Shown one piece after another: positions 1-11,790 of a stretch of 36,479 bases of DNA. The notes below the pieces were generated by a model. The model did not search any database and was not told where the DNA came from. It saw only the letters and a list, made by a program, of their open reading frames with translations. The stretch comes from Catajapyx aquilonaris (Eukaryota), in contig JYFJ02004560.1 of NCBI GenBank assembly GCA_000934665.2, positions 1-36,479 of the forward strand. Reading direction: 5' to 3'. Numbering within the stretch: the first letter of the stretch is position 1; each line of letters begins with the position of its first letter. The translations under genes were made by a program, and so were the position numbers.

Positions 1-2329
1 AGAGCCGACGCATTCAATCAGTTCCTGACTCCTACGGTCACGATTTCTGATTTGAAAGCCTTTAGGAAAATCCAATTGGCTATGGTGTTGCCTGGACAAG
101 TTCAGGTTGAGAAACTCTTTGACTATGGATCTAGACAAGATATTCAGGGTTAGGTTTGCAAGCTCCACGTCCAGCTACATGATCTTCCAACACTGCCAGA
201 TCATACGTGACAGGAGAAACGCCTTCACTTGTTCCTGAAAAACTAGCCTGCCGAAGGAAGCAGTGTGTTTATGTGAAAAGATAGGCGAATAGATGCAGCC
301 GAAAAACCAATTGCATTTGGCAACATTCATAAAGGTAGTGTTTTTCCCCTACTGTTATTTCTGACAAGTGTTAGTTGTGTTTGTGGATTCCTCGAGTACA
401 TCTAAAAATGAGAACGCCACTCCCAGTGTTCCTAATGATATGAATTTGAATTTCATCAAATACCACCTGCATGTATGGTACTGTTTACATGCGTTATACC
501 CAGCATGTACACAGTATTCATCACAGCCTGACACGATGGTGGCCTGCGGCACACACCCTGGCATATCTGCAAGTAACTAACGCCGAGCAAGAAACATTGC
601 AGGAAATGAAGCTGCGCCATTACAGGTGTGACTTGCGAGAGGCATGGCGACGACCTGGACTGATGGCCTCCAAAAGTATTGGTCGATCCACGTATAAGAG
701 AGGTCAACTCTTTGACTGTGGTGCAGTGATTCTTGCAGAACGATTACCTGCACCAGTTTCTATGAAGGGTCTTGCCGTTGCTACATGAGTAGAGGAGTAA
801 CTCCTGGGATTTGACGCGGAACCAACCTCATCGTTATTCCACGAAAAGAACTTCCAGAATGGGATTACCTTCCGCCAACACTTGTGTGAATAAATTGAAC
901 CTGCTTTATCATCTTTTAATAATGATTCATTTCAATAATTCAATCCAAGCTGAGAATATTGTGCACACAGCAACAGGATACCATTGTAAATGCGGAGTTG
1001 GATTTTTAAAATTATTGCACCAATTCAAATACTCTTAGTGCCATCGAGGCTTTCAAAATTGGTTCCTAATATAAGGTTGAATGATCGTGCAGTCCTTGAA
1101 ATGCATGGACCTTCAGAGACTTAAAAAATGGCAATGATCACTTTTGACACGCTTGCACACACCCACGGTATGAGATTTCTTACCTTGTGCTGTCGAATTC
1201 CTGCCCAAATCCCTGCCAAAACTTTAAAATGTAATTGCATGTAAATAACACGGTCAGTGAGTGCATATTAGCAAGTGCACATAAGCTCACCATTATAATA
1301 TTTCATGACTTATTCATTACGGCTTTGAATAGGCGCGAATATAAGGCCACTAGGACAGTATTATTGGCCCCTACTTGCCCACCTTCTGTTTCATGTACAA
1401 GTCATGCCATTGCTTAGTGTACCTAGGACGGCAGTGTTGTCCAAAAATGCACTGCCACTATCTCACTCCGTTTGACAGTATATATATTGCAATTTTCCAT
1501 TTTTCCACAGTCAAGCAGTTCAGACGGTAAGAGATATGAAATTGACCAACGAAATTAAACAAGAGTATGGAGACGATTGCTGTTCAAAATAAAATAAAAA
1601 TTATCATTATTTTAATGAAGCAGCTATTTGAGGTCAGGTATAAATGTAAAAAAAAAATGAGATTTGCAATTCAAAATAATTCACTGAAGGTAGTCCAACG
1701 TTAGAATCAGTGGAGAACCCAGAGGTGGTAGAATTCTTACAAAAGGTGTAAGCCGGCGGGCAGAAACCGCACTTGAAATCGGGGTGCACATTCATACAAA
1801 GTGGCTACAGACTTTGTACTGACGAAACTGAACTGCTCCTTTCTAATTAGAAAACATTTTTACATGCCTGGCATATATCGAGTGCTTAGCGATTCTTGTA
1901 ATAACTTCACTCAAATTGAGCGCACACCAAGTACCAGCAATGGACTTGGCAAATGGAAACAACACCTTGCGATGGCTGAACATGATACAGATACTGTTTT
2001 TAGATCAGCATTTGCTATGTGCACTACTCCAGTAACATCCGCAGAAATTTACTAAAGTGCATTTGTATTGCAACGTTACTCTCATCTCAAAGACACTGTA
2101 TGACACTAAACCACTAAATAATCATAGTTAAAATAATTGTCACTCACGAAACTGTATGCAAAAATATATTGAACCATGCCATAAAATCATACCATTTGAA
2201 TGTATTTAGATCAAAATATTGTACGGCCTGTTTTTACAAAACTCGTTCCATTTTCATCAAGCTTGAAAAACCCTGTAAACACCTGATCCAAAAGTTTGAC
2301 AACCACTGCAGCAATCGGAAAAGACAGAC

Positions 2330-2850
2330 ATTGCAGCAAAGCATTTCGCTTTCCTGCGGAAAATGTGGAAGAACTTCCAGCTGCCATACCCACAACCTGT
2401 GGTTTGGATTGACGAAAACTGGATATTCCACAGGACGCACCAACACGCATCAGAAGTCCACAATCGGCTAGTACTAGCTTTATTGTTGACCATGCAGGGA
2501 GTGATAAGTGTTTTGTGGTACCAGATGCCCTACTGTTCAATAGTGGGCTGCAAATTGTCGACCATAAACTGATGGATGGAGTTATATTAATGAAGTGGCT
2601 GGAAGAACAGCTGTTTCCAAACCACAGTCTTATAGTATTCCAAACCTCACACCTCACACCCTGCTCGTCATGGATAGATGGATGGACAAAAATGACTTTG
2701 GATGCCATGTTGCCAGTACTCTCAAAGGATTTTCTGGTGATGTCCAAGCAGAGAAGAAGCACGTCTAAAAATTGTTGAAATATTCTGAATGCATGTGCAA
2801 AATAAAGGAATCTGGTCATGGATGAGTGCATCGGGGATTTGGCGATGCGC
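2330..2850 (+). mobile_element. Decayed IS630/Tc1-like (DDE_3-type) transposase fragment
   Basis: Across frameshifts it reads IAAKHFAFLRKM...VVWIDENW (cf. I(V)YLDETW, first catalytic D), then FIVDHAGSDKCFVVPDALLFNSG...DHKLMD...MKWLEEQLFPN (cf. RLIVLHAGS..GFVP.ALL.F.S...DYH.EM....F.KW.EEQLLPN). Boundaries are approximate. Confidence 0.7.
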
Positions 2851-2937
2851 AAAACAATACCTTTGTGCTCACTTGACATAATGGTAACTTCATATTACTG
2901 GCTTATTTTTTGTCCAGTTTTCCCTCATTTATTCCAG

Positions 2938-3051
2938 GCCATCAACTTTGTATTGTACTGTACCATGAGCCATTAATTCAGAGAGACCTTCATTCTGCTC
3001 TTCTTTCCAACTAGACTGAACAGAAGTGATAGATGCCGTCCTGAGACTTGA
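2938..3051 (+). pseudogene. Inactivated TM7/helix-8 fragment of a DMSR/myosuppressin-receptor-like GPCR paralogue
   Basis: Translates AINFVLYCTMSH*FRETFILLFFP, which aligns to AINFILYCSMSKEFRDTFKDLFVP of the intact gene (from 24689). In-frame TAA at 2974-2976. Preceded by a pyrimidine-rich tract ending in CAG (2937). Confidence 0.8.
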
Positions 3052-3589
3052 ACCTCAAAGATAACTCCTCCGTGCTATTAGCACAGGCGGACGAGATCTC
3101 AGCTTTCAAGACCAGGGTATGCTAGCCAGACAACAATGCAAGACAGCTACCAAATAACTGTTGGGACAATACCCATGTGGCTCACATTTGTCACCGAGAG
3201 GGAGCAGGAGTACCACCAATGTGGTAAGGCACCTCTAAAGAAAATGAACATGCGGCAGTCACATTCATTTATGTTTAAAAATAGTCCACAGCAACTGCGA
3301 TGGATGACATCCCAAACAATTTGGAAAAATATCAGTCAACAGCTCCAGCTTAGGGTAGCTTCTTTTGCATATAGGTTATTATGGTTCCTAGTCAAAAGAC
3401 TATTAAGTAATAAGTAGCATTGTTGGCTCTCTCAATCACATAACTGACAATTACCACAACAACAGTAGAATTCATAAGGTAAAATATTGCAACACTCTTG
3501 AGATATGTTAGCCAAGTAGCTTATGTGGGGAGGGAAAGATATACACATATCAACGACAGTCACGTGATGAAGTTGTTGGTAATCTGTAT

Positions 3590-3830
3590 CCTGCTCATGA
3601 TCAGTTCTTCAAAATTTGACCGCTGCATGATCACCTGTGATTAGTAAATTGCAAAATTGTCAAAAACCCAAATCAACAACTTTCAGTAGATGCACCTGGA
3701 TATTTGGTTAATAACCATATGCGTTTCAAGAACATATGCCCCCATGACCAATAAAATATGGGATTAAAAATTTGGGCTCTAAGTGATGTCACCACCTATC
3801 TCTTAATTGGGCTATCTGGGTACTAGAATA
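3590..3830 (+). mobile_element. Decayed piggyBac (PGBD4-like) transposase fragment
   Basis: Motifs occur in the expected order: HDQFFKI*PLHDHL (cf. D..FKIRPL.DHL), QQLSVD (cf. LSVDE), MGLKIWALSDVTTYLL (cf. KYG.KIWAL.D....Y). Stops and frameshifts are present. Confidence 0.7.
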
Positions 3831-5399
3831 TAAAAAGGTGGGACAATTTGAGTTTTGTGAATATGCAGTAATTTCACACTCAACATGGAGCCAAAGGTGA
3901 CATCTGACACTAACGCAGATACTGCAGCAGCTTGTCTCATGTGCTTGCCAACTTTGGTCATATCTTGTTACGTAACAGTACATGAGAAGACTTGAGCACA
4001 CAGTACGCTGCATCGAGTCTTGAAACAAGAAGGCATGGATTAGGCCCCTGGGTCTTCTTCCCAACTGCCACCCTCACATTGTCCCCACCAGCACCCCGCA
4101 AGGGATCTCTTGATGGTTGGGGGATTGAAGCCCTTCCCTTCCCTCCTTCCCAAAGGCCTTCCTCTTCATGTTGCTCTTCCTAAGACCTTCCAATCAGTCC
4201 TCCAGTATGGCTCTCTCTCGCTCGTTCTTTTTTTTGTGCTAAAGTCAACTCTGATATTACTGATTTTAAGTTTTTTCTAACACACTGGAAACACAACAAC
4301 AACAAGGACCAGCAGTTCAGCTAGGCTACTATGCCTAAAACTACATGCTATGGACAGATGTCTCTAACCTTTGACAGGAAGTTTTGGATTTACAAAATGT
4401 TATTAGCTCTCACAATCTGTCTCCCTTTTTGTCAAGCATTATTTTGTTGTTAGCAAGGACTGCAGACAGGTATTGCATTGTAACCTGGCAGGTATTTGCT
4501 TGTAGAAGGGAAGGGCACTGGAGCAAGGCAGGTTAGGTACGTTATAGGTATTACGGGACTTCCTAGCCTGTTAAGGCCCCTCAGCCCATTCACTCCCAAC
4601 ATATATTCATACTAATGCAACACAAAACTACAACATCAAATTCACTGCCACCAGTCATCCATCATCAAGTCATACGCCACCAATCATCCAAACATCAGGC
4701 ACCATGCCGTCTCCTTGCAGTGGCCACTCCTGCCCCCCCGGAAGTTCCTGTTGAGGTCTCTCAGCACACCATCAGCCTCCAGGCAAAATAAAAGGTTAGT
4801 GCAATCAGGTGGAACTTCAGAAGACGGTTTGACCAAATGGTGAAGATCATTGCCTATGTTGACATATGGCAATATCAGTTCTGGAACCACCATCTAGCAT
4901 CCTGTTTCTTCACCTGACAGCAGTAAGCTCAGAGTGTGTTCAGCCAAACTCCAGCATCAGTTGGTAAGCTTGCTGGGATACTGGTAGCATCAACTGGGGT
5001 TTTGGCCCCTCATACTTGCACAATCTGTCAAAAGAGAAAATTAACAAAATTAATATTCAGTGTATAGTGAAGTGTATAGGTATGTGCCAGGAATGTTGGG
5101 GCATATTCTGACTACATAGCTAGAAGATACATAGGCTTTTCCGATAACTGTTCGGACAAAAAAGTTGAGACACCCTGTATATATTCTTAATACAATGCAA
5201 GTGGCTGTTTCAACCAGAACTGTTTCGTTTTGGTGCCTCAACTATGCGCCGGACGGTCCTTCGCCGACGTGGCTCAGGCCTTTCGGTCCCTTACGTTGAG
5301 GAAGGCAAATGCACACCAACTGCATGGCAACCAAAGTGCTCGACAGATGTTAGTGACATGTAAATACCTGATTTGAGCACGAATCAGTGGCAGTGATTC

Positions 5400-5830
5400 A
5401 TCCCATCAAAAGCTGGCAGCCATCTTGTGGTCATCAAGGTGGGTTCCCCGTCCTTGCTTCGTGCTGTGGCCTGCCCGTGGCGTCACCGGGACTGTAGGGC
5501 TCTTCCGCACCTTCCCCCGTCCTGCTTGCTTCGTGCCGTGGCCCTGCCCAGGGGCGGCCCTCGTGCGGGGCTTGGACCAGGGGCGCGCCCCTAGGCGGAG
5601 ACCCGAGCCATCCGCACCCTTCTTCTTCGTTCTTCGAAGGGGGATGGCGTCGATTAATCGATGCTGAAGACAGGATATCGATACGCGCATCGGGGCCATA
5701 AGAGGCCATGGCGGACACACGATGAATCGCATCCGAATCGCTGTATCGGACACCAGCGCCGCAGGGTGGACGCGAGGCGAACTACAGCGGAATCCACGCC
5801 CAACCAGCAGATGGCAGCAGAGGAATTGAT
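5400..5830. other. GC/CpG-rich island containing an imperfect ~33-bp direct repeat
   Basis: Visibly GC-rich relative to its flanks. CCCCGTCCTTGCTTCGTGCTGTGGCCTGCCC (5446-5476) recurs as CCCCGTCCTGCTTGCTTCGTGCCGTGGCCCTGCCC (5515-5549). Origin unresolved. Confidence 0.55.
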
Positions 5831-6892
5831 GACATTATGATTTGGAAGGTTCGGTCACTCCGCTTTGATGGTAGACGCCATCTTTAGTCCAAATATACGT
5901 CTTCCAGCCTTCCAGTCAACGTTGGACATTTGCGAGCCACACTCGAAGAATCTCAAAAGTCAACTTTCGACGAGGACTACAAGTGCAGGAGGACTGTGAC
6001 AAAGGTCTGAAAGTAAGGAGGCTGTACGGCCTGTACCTTATGTTCAGATCCACTGATAATAATGGACCATGTTTTAAGATCATACAGAAAAATCTACGTT
6101 GCAGAGGACAATAGACTACCGGTACCAGACAACACATACTGTATTATGCTGCCTATTACACTCATGATATCAGAATTGCAAATCTCGGTTTTTGCACCAC
6201 TATCATGGTACAACATGGGGAGTTTAAAAAAAAGGCAGTTGTGCTCAAAAGTACTGCACTGATGCAATTAAATGGTGCCTCAACATAGCAGCATAATAAG
6301 GCAAGATCGCTGATTCAGATGTTTTCTGTTAGCACTCGAAGATGCATTGAAAAAATTTGTAAGTATTTCGCATAGATAAGTAATATGGAATTTTTATTAT
6401 CCAAAATACAGTATCACATCCTGCATGAAATATTTATGTAGCTCTGCATATAATATAAGTACTTCTTTCAATGACATAAATTTATATCTGTAGAATGTTT
6501 CGTTACACGTGCAGAAGCAAGACGACGACGCTCATGTAGTTGGGAGTACAACAAAAGACCACGTAGTGCCGTACCAGGAACACTGCAAAAAACGCAAAAA
6601 GCCGCAAGAGCATGAAAAATTAAAAGGCTGGTGAGCAAAGTGATGCACACTGGTGGAAAAAGACAAACGAGACTCGAGATTCTCCCTCCACAAGGAGAAG
6701 ATGAAGCATCTATTGTAAACCACAAACTGCGGATGCAAAAAGAAATGAAATCTGTTAAGTGTGTACAGTAATGTACATAGCGACATCCAGATGAAAATGT
6801 CACAAACCAGAGCAAGAAAAAATCATACTATGCTGCAGGAAGGAAAGAATAACCAAGCATTCATCAATTATTATTGCTGATTACCACTAACA

Positions 6893-7051
6893 GTAAGCAG
6901 CAAACACAACCCTGACCACTCCAGGCCACTGTGTCCAGGTTCATGGCGCACAGAGACCTCCTCAGGTCCATGGGCTTATACGAGCAGCTGCCCAGTGGCT
7001 CAGGGTGGTCCTAGACCCTGACCGTTCCCTTGTAAGTAGCAAACACAACCC
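6893..7051. repeat. 119-bp insert flanked by a 20-bp direct repeat (probable TSD)
   Basis: GTAAGCAGCAAACACAACCC at 6893-6912 and GTAAGTAGCAAACACAACCC at 7032-7051 (1 mismatch) flank a GC-richer segment. Confidence 0.65.
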
Positions 7052-7359
7052 CAAAGGTTCAATAAAACAGCATATTAAAATACAAGGTGTCAAGGTATCT
7101 GCAAAAATTGGGTACAATTATCACGCACAAGTTTACACTTGTTGAAAAGGACATGCTAAGGACAAAAAGGCCTCACAAAGTTGTTTATATTAATTAAGAC
7201 TGTGATAGCGAAATTTTATAACTGATATTAATGTTTCGAGTTATACACAATACACAACCTTCCCTCAGGGGCTGTCTTTTCTCAGCTGCCTGCATCATAA
7301 TGGGCTGGTGTTTTTTGTTGCTACGATCAGGAAAAGTTGTTCCGTGGGAATGAAAACAA

Positions 7360-7560
7360 AATGTCCATTGTGCCCAAAACAATCGCTTAACTTGATCGCA
7401 GATGGGGATTAAGCATCGAGTACTTCAAGCACAGATTCGTGGGTCCTTGAAACCGCTAATATAACCACTTTCTATTCCATGGTTCAACGAGCCTTTTTTT
7501 TTCTTCAAGCAACCGACGATGGGAATTACTTGCGCCAGGTACAGCAATTGCGAGTCAGCC
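7360..7560 (+). mobile_element. Decayed hAT (ZMYM1-like) transposase core fragment
   Basis: VHCAQ/SLNLIADG (cf. VHC.AHSLNLV..D, the CxxH region) and ITTFYSMVQRAFF/FSSSNRRWELL (cf. FF..VQ.LY.FFS.S..RW.LL), joined by frameshifts. Confidence 0.7.
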
Positions 7561-7800
7561 AGTTGATGAAGACGATCCGACAACTGCAGAATAACTCAGA
7601 ATCTGGACGAGAGAGGCTCTATGTGAAGTTATCAAGGTTGATATCCGCCTAGTAAAAATCAAGAACAGGTACGTAGTAAGCACTCTTACATATACTAGTA
7701 TATTATGACCTTAATGCCTCAAAAATTTATTACGTATTCCAGGTATATGCAACCAGGTGATGTAACAGCAGACACCAAACTATGGCAGAATGAATAATAG

Positions 7801-8400
7801 TGCAATGCGAATATGCATTTAATAGCAAAATATTGCTGCATGAACAACCTCATTGTTCCAGCAAACTAGACCAAAAATCTCCCAAATAGTATTCCAGCTG
7901 GTGCAGAAATGTAACACTCTCTAGCGTCGAAATCACGATGATTCCCTCTCTACGGATTGACTATGAGAAGAAGTGTTCAAGTACATATAATTCCATGTGA
8001 GAACTATACATGGACGTGATCATGTACCGGGCACATCCTCATCTAACACTATTAGTCAGAGCATAGGATGCAGTAGTGGCTGCTAGCAAAAGAAAAAGAG
8101 AGACACGAGAATGATACGTCCAGCTGAGGTCAACGACGACTGTAGAAAACAGAAGAGTATATCGCAGGCTACTTGGCCCAAAAGTGCCTTAAAAAGATTC
8201 CTTCATGCCCGTGCTGCCACTCTACGTTGGTGCACCAAACGAAAACGATTGACAGTGATGAGCAATTGCTGATATTCTTCCGTGTCTACTCCGTAAAAGG
8301 ATGAGACTCGGACTTCGGGAATCTTGCGGCCACCTAGTGAAATGTTAGTTTCAGTGGTAAAAAAAAAGAAACAGTTGGAGACATATTAGAAATTTGTGAG
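7801..8400 (+). mobile_element. P-element/THAP9-like transposase C-terminal fragment, copy A
   Basis: EYIAGYLAQKCLKKIPSCPCCHSTL...LLIFFRVY...FGNL/RPPS matches the YIAGY...C-x2-C...GGL..PS C-terminal region of P/THAP9 transposases. Upstream QCEYAF and DDSL motifs are also present. Confidence 0.7.
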
Positions 8401-8483
8401 CCATCATAAAAAGCAGAAACATTGAAGTATTATGCCTAAGGAAATGGCTCCGCGAAGCACTTCACTTTTGGGGCATTTGCTAA

Positions 8484-8685
8484 TGTGTGCCCCATGGTCG
8501 GTGCACCAATGACTGATGGGAAGTGGTGCCGACCATGGGATATGTATATGCCCATATGCTTGCCTGCCCTCGGGGCAGTATAGTCTGACTCTGTAAAGCT
8601 GCAACATGCCTTGCTGCCAAAATAAAACACTTGATTTTACTCTGACCTCCTGTCGGGTGGCATAAATTGGTGTCAGAAGTGGGAT
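8484..8685 (+). mobile_element. Gypsy-type LTR remnant plus tRNA-Leu primer binding site
   Basis: TGGTGTCAGAAGTGGGAT at 8668-8685 is the 18-nt complement of a tRNA-Leu 3' end. It follows a segment of about 180 bp that starts TG (8484), ends CA (8662) and contains AATAAA (~8622). The LTR start is uncertain. Confidence 0.7.
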
Positions 8686-8729
8686 GAAGAAAACCAGAGC
8701 CTGCAACAACATGCCAAAGCCTATAATAA

Positions 8730-9244
8730 TGCAATGCGAATATGCATTTAAAAGCAAAATATTGCTGCATGAACAACCTCATTGTTCCGAAAACTAGACT
8801 TAAAATCTCCCAAATATTATTCCAGCTGGTGGAGAAATGTAACACTCTCTATAACGTCGAAATCACGATGATTCCCTCTCTACGGATTGACTATATGAGA
8901 AATGTTAAGATGTTGAAGCGCACAGACCACCACGTGAGGACCATACATGGGCGTGCTCTTGTACCGGGCACATCATCACCTGACACTATTAGTCAGAGAA
9001 TAGGATGCGGTTGTGGTTCCGTTCAAATCCACATAAAATACTAGAAAAGCCGGAGCATAAGAGAGAGTCTGAAGGTCAACACGACCAGCTGAGAGGACGG
9101 ACGACGACTGGGAAAAAACAGCAGAGTATATATATCACAGGCTACTTGGCCCAAAAGTGCCTTAAAAAGTTTCCTTCTTGCCCTGGCTGCCACTAAACGT
9201 TAGTGCATCAAATGAAAACGATTGACAGGGATGAACAACTGTTG
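8730..9244 (+). mobile_element. P-element/THAP9-like transposase C-terminal fragment, copy B (diverged direct repeat of 7801-8271)
   Basis: Aligns by eye to 7801-8271 with a start offset of 929 bp. Reads YITGYLAQKCLKKFPSCPGCH*TLVHQMKTIDRDEQLL. Confidence 0.75.
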
Positions 9245-10035
9245 GACAACACTAACTACATTAATTTGTAGAAACTCAAGGTAATCAAGATTGAGAGAAG
9301 TTGTATAGACTTCATTGTTTTGTCAAATAAGAGAGTTTAGGGAGTAAGATCAAATAATGTTAAAATATGTACATTTTAGCGAAATTGTTACTGACGTGAC
9401 TCATTAGCCGAATGTTAGCAGTTTCCAACCTATATACTATATAATCTATATATAGTCGTAGGACGAAAAAGAGAAGACTGGAGATTGCTATAACATTTGG
9501 ATGTAACGTAATGATGTTCGTGCAATTTTAATTTTTGAGCATGTTGGTGACTGACAAGTGAAGTACTCGTACATTCGTGAGATAAATTTTTCTTAATTGT
9601 TTTGAAAATGATTTAACAAGTAGGGTAATAATGATACGTATGAATGTATATGTTTGCATTGATGTAAAGGAAAGTTTCTATAAAAGGCATTTCACGTAGC
9701 TATGATGATTTACACTGACTAGCGTCTTTGAACGTGCTCAACATGCAACTTAATAATGTTCAGGTATGGCCTGAGTCTATAATAAGGATTACCAAGGAGT
9801 TTCTGTTATAAAAATGTAAATGTACATTCTTGACCTTTACTTCCCTCTTTTCTGCATAATACCGTGGTATTATAATATTCCAGTTTATAATACCCGCACG
9901 ATTATTATTTTATAGTTACATTTTAATATTGAAATGTGGTACTGACCTTAAAGCGTAAAAATATAATTGCAAAATATTTGCCAGGCCTTAAATTCCATAT
10001 GCCCCTCCCAGCTTCTCCTCCTGGCTACGAGCCTG

Positions 10036-10200
10036 TCTTTGCTCAAACGCATCAGACGCAACAACGCAACAACGCATCAAACGCATGGGTGAAGATCGGT
10101 TGTCCGGGCTAACTTTTCTCTCTATTGAAAGGGAGTTAGCTAGTCATGTAATTATAATGCAGTCATACATCACTTTGCCAGAATGAAACTTACGAAAGAA
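10036..10200 (+). mobile_element. hAT transposase C-terminal dimerisation-domain tail (ZMYM1-like)
   Basis: SLLKRI...MGEDRLSGLTFLSIERELASH/YNAVIHHFARMK (cf. LKRIK..LR.TM.Q.RLSGLA.LSIE.EL....Y..VI..FA..K). It abuts a hAT-like terminus CTGGCTACGAGCCTG at 10021-10035. Confidence 0.75.
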
Positions 10201-10829
10201 ACTGTTATTGTTTGTACATTTTTCATATTTCTTCTTTTTGTTTGTACGCGTATTTGACACTATTGTTATTACCGGTATTAAAAGTGACATTCCCTTATTT
10301 CAAAGCATTGTGTAATAAAATCATTTCGCGGATTTTTAACTTTCCTTTAACGGAATCGTTTTTTTGTCAGTTGGCAACGTTGTTCGGTTAAGTACAGTTC
10401 TGGCACTGCGACCACCGTGACACTTAAGTACTTCGGAGAGTGACAGCGGCCATAAAACGAGACTGAAAATTGTTAATTTTGACTGTAATCGTTGTAATAA
10501 TCGCAGGAGCCGTGAAAGGTAAGGCATATTTAGATCAGTGTCATGAGGGCAAGTGAAAGAGGCGTCACACAGCTCATCATTCAGACCTGTGCCCTCAAAC
10601 ACAAACTAATTTAATTTGTACCTTCTCTGTACTTGTACATAACAGCAGCGATTGCGCCTCTGCCACCGCCGGAGATGTGTCAGGTACACTGACGATACCA
10701 TTTTGGGTGAGTACATAACACTGTTCATGAGTGTGACTGTGCGTGATACCTGCCGTTATAAACGGACATAAGTACCTACAGAGTGTAATTGGATGCATAT
10801 TGCAGGACAACTTGAAGGAAAGTGGATGT

Positions 10830-11120
10830 TGCGTTGGTCAGACACGCTGTACAGGAGGCAGCCAATTGGAGAGTAACTTCTGTATCATGGTATGGTGAAT
10901 CCAGACTGCTTGACTTCGAAGGGAGGCATTGTGAAAGTGACATGTAACAATTTTGTCGTTTGGAAAGGACACGCATGTTTAACATAGGACACATTTGTAT
11001 CTTGTCTTCGTAGATACCTTGAAGAGTCACTGATTCCCCGACCAGGCGATCCATTGCTGTGGTGGAAAGTGCAATGCCACGAGTTTCCGAGTCTGGTGCT
11101 ACTGGCCAGAGAAAAACTTC
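10830..11120 (+). mobile_element. hAT (ZBED1/ZBED4-like) transposase fragment
   Basis: LRRYLEESLIPRPGDPLLWWKVQCHEFPSLVLLAREKL at about 11006-11119 is the hAT dimerisation domain start (DPL.WWK...FP.L..LAR). A weaker RW/RLL region lies upstream. Confidence 0.75.
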
Positions 11121-11479
11121 CGTTTCATTTAGTCAGTGGACAAACTGTGGACCGTCCAACAGAATCTCCGAAATGTTACCGACATACCATGGCAACCGCG
11201 GCTACTCAAACCACACTGACTACTCCGGCAATAGTAGTTGTAAAACAAACCTGGGGTGACCAGTGTTAATAAACCTCGGATGCTAAAACCCACCGAGTTT
11301 TCTTGAATCCATATCATTAGACATTACAATGCATGCAATGAAGATAGTGTTAAATCAGCTGAATGGCAACGAAGGAAAATTACTCATCCAAATTGGTAAA
11401 GTGGAAAGGAAATCCCAATAGCGAAGCAAATGGCAAGTAGGCGGCATACGAGACGGGAATGAAAGACAGCGACGAATCA

Positions 11480-11790
11480 ACAGGTCTCTGATTATTGGAG
11501 CTTGGATCTCATGACCAGATGCGACTGGTATAGAAGTGTCCTGAGTAGGAACAGGTTTATAGACATCATTTCAGCCTTGCTCGTAAACAATTCGAAGATG
11601 TCAAAGTCCAACAGTGATGAACTCTTCACGGTGAGGTCACTACTTCAGGCAATAGGCGATAACCTACCACAGTACTTTTCTCCAGGGCAGCGGCTCAGCC
11701 TGGATGAGCAGATGATTTGCACTAACAGCAGGGTCTCGCTTCGACACTATCTGCCAGTAAAACACACAAAGTGGTCATCCTTGATCACGT
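11480..11790 (+). mobile_element. Decayed piggyBac (PGBD4-like, DDE_Tnp_1_7) transposase fragment
   Basis: SDYWS...VLSRNRFIDIISAL...DELFTVRSLL...YFSPGQRLSLDEQMICTNSRVSLRHYLPVKHTKW in ORF 11502-11807 gives a clear piggyBac motif series. Truncated after KW. Confidence 0.85.

Noticed and set aside
1..2300. Short ORFs at the window start (also 15800-17800 and 19100-21900)
   Set aside because: They have coding-like composition but no motif I can recognise. They are probably decayed TE sequence and are left unannotated.
2211..2879. 222-aa minus-strand ORF
   Set aside because: It is the antisense shadow of the + strand transposase relic, with no recognisable motifs.
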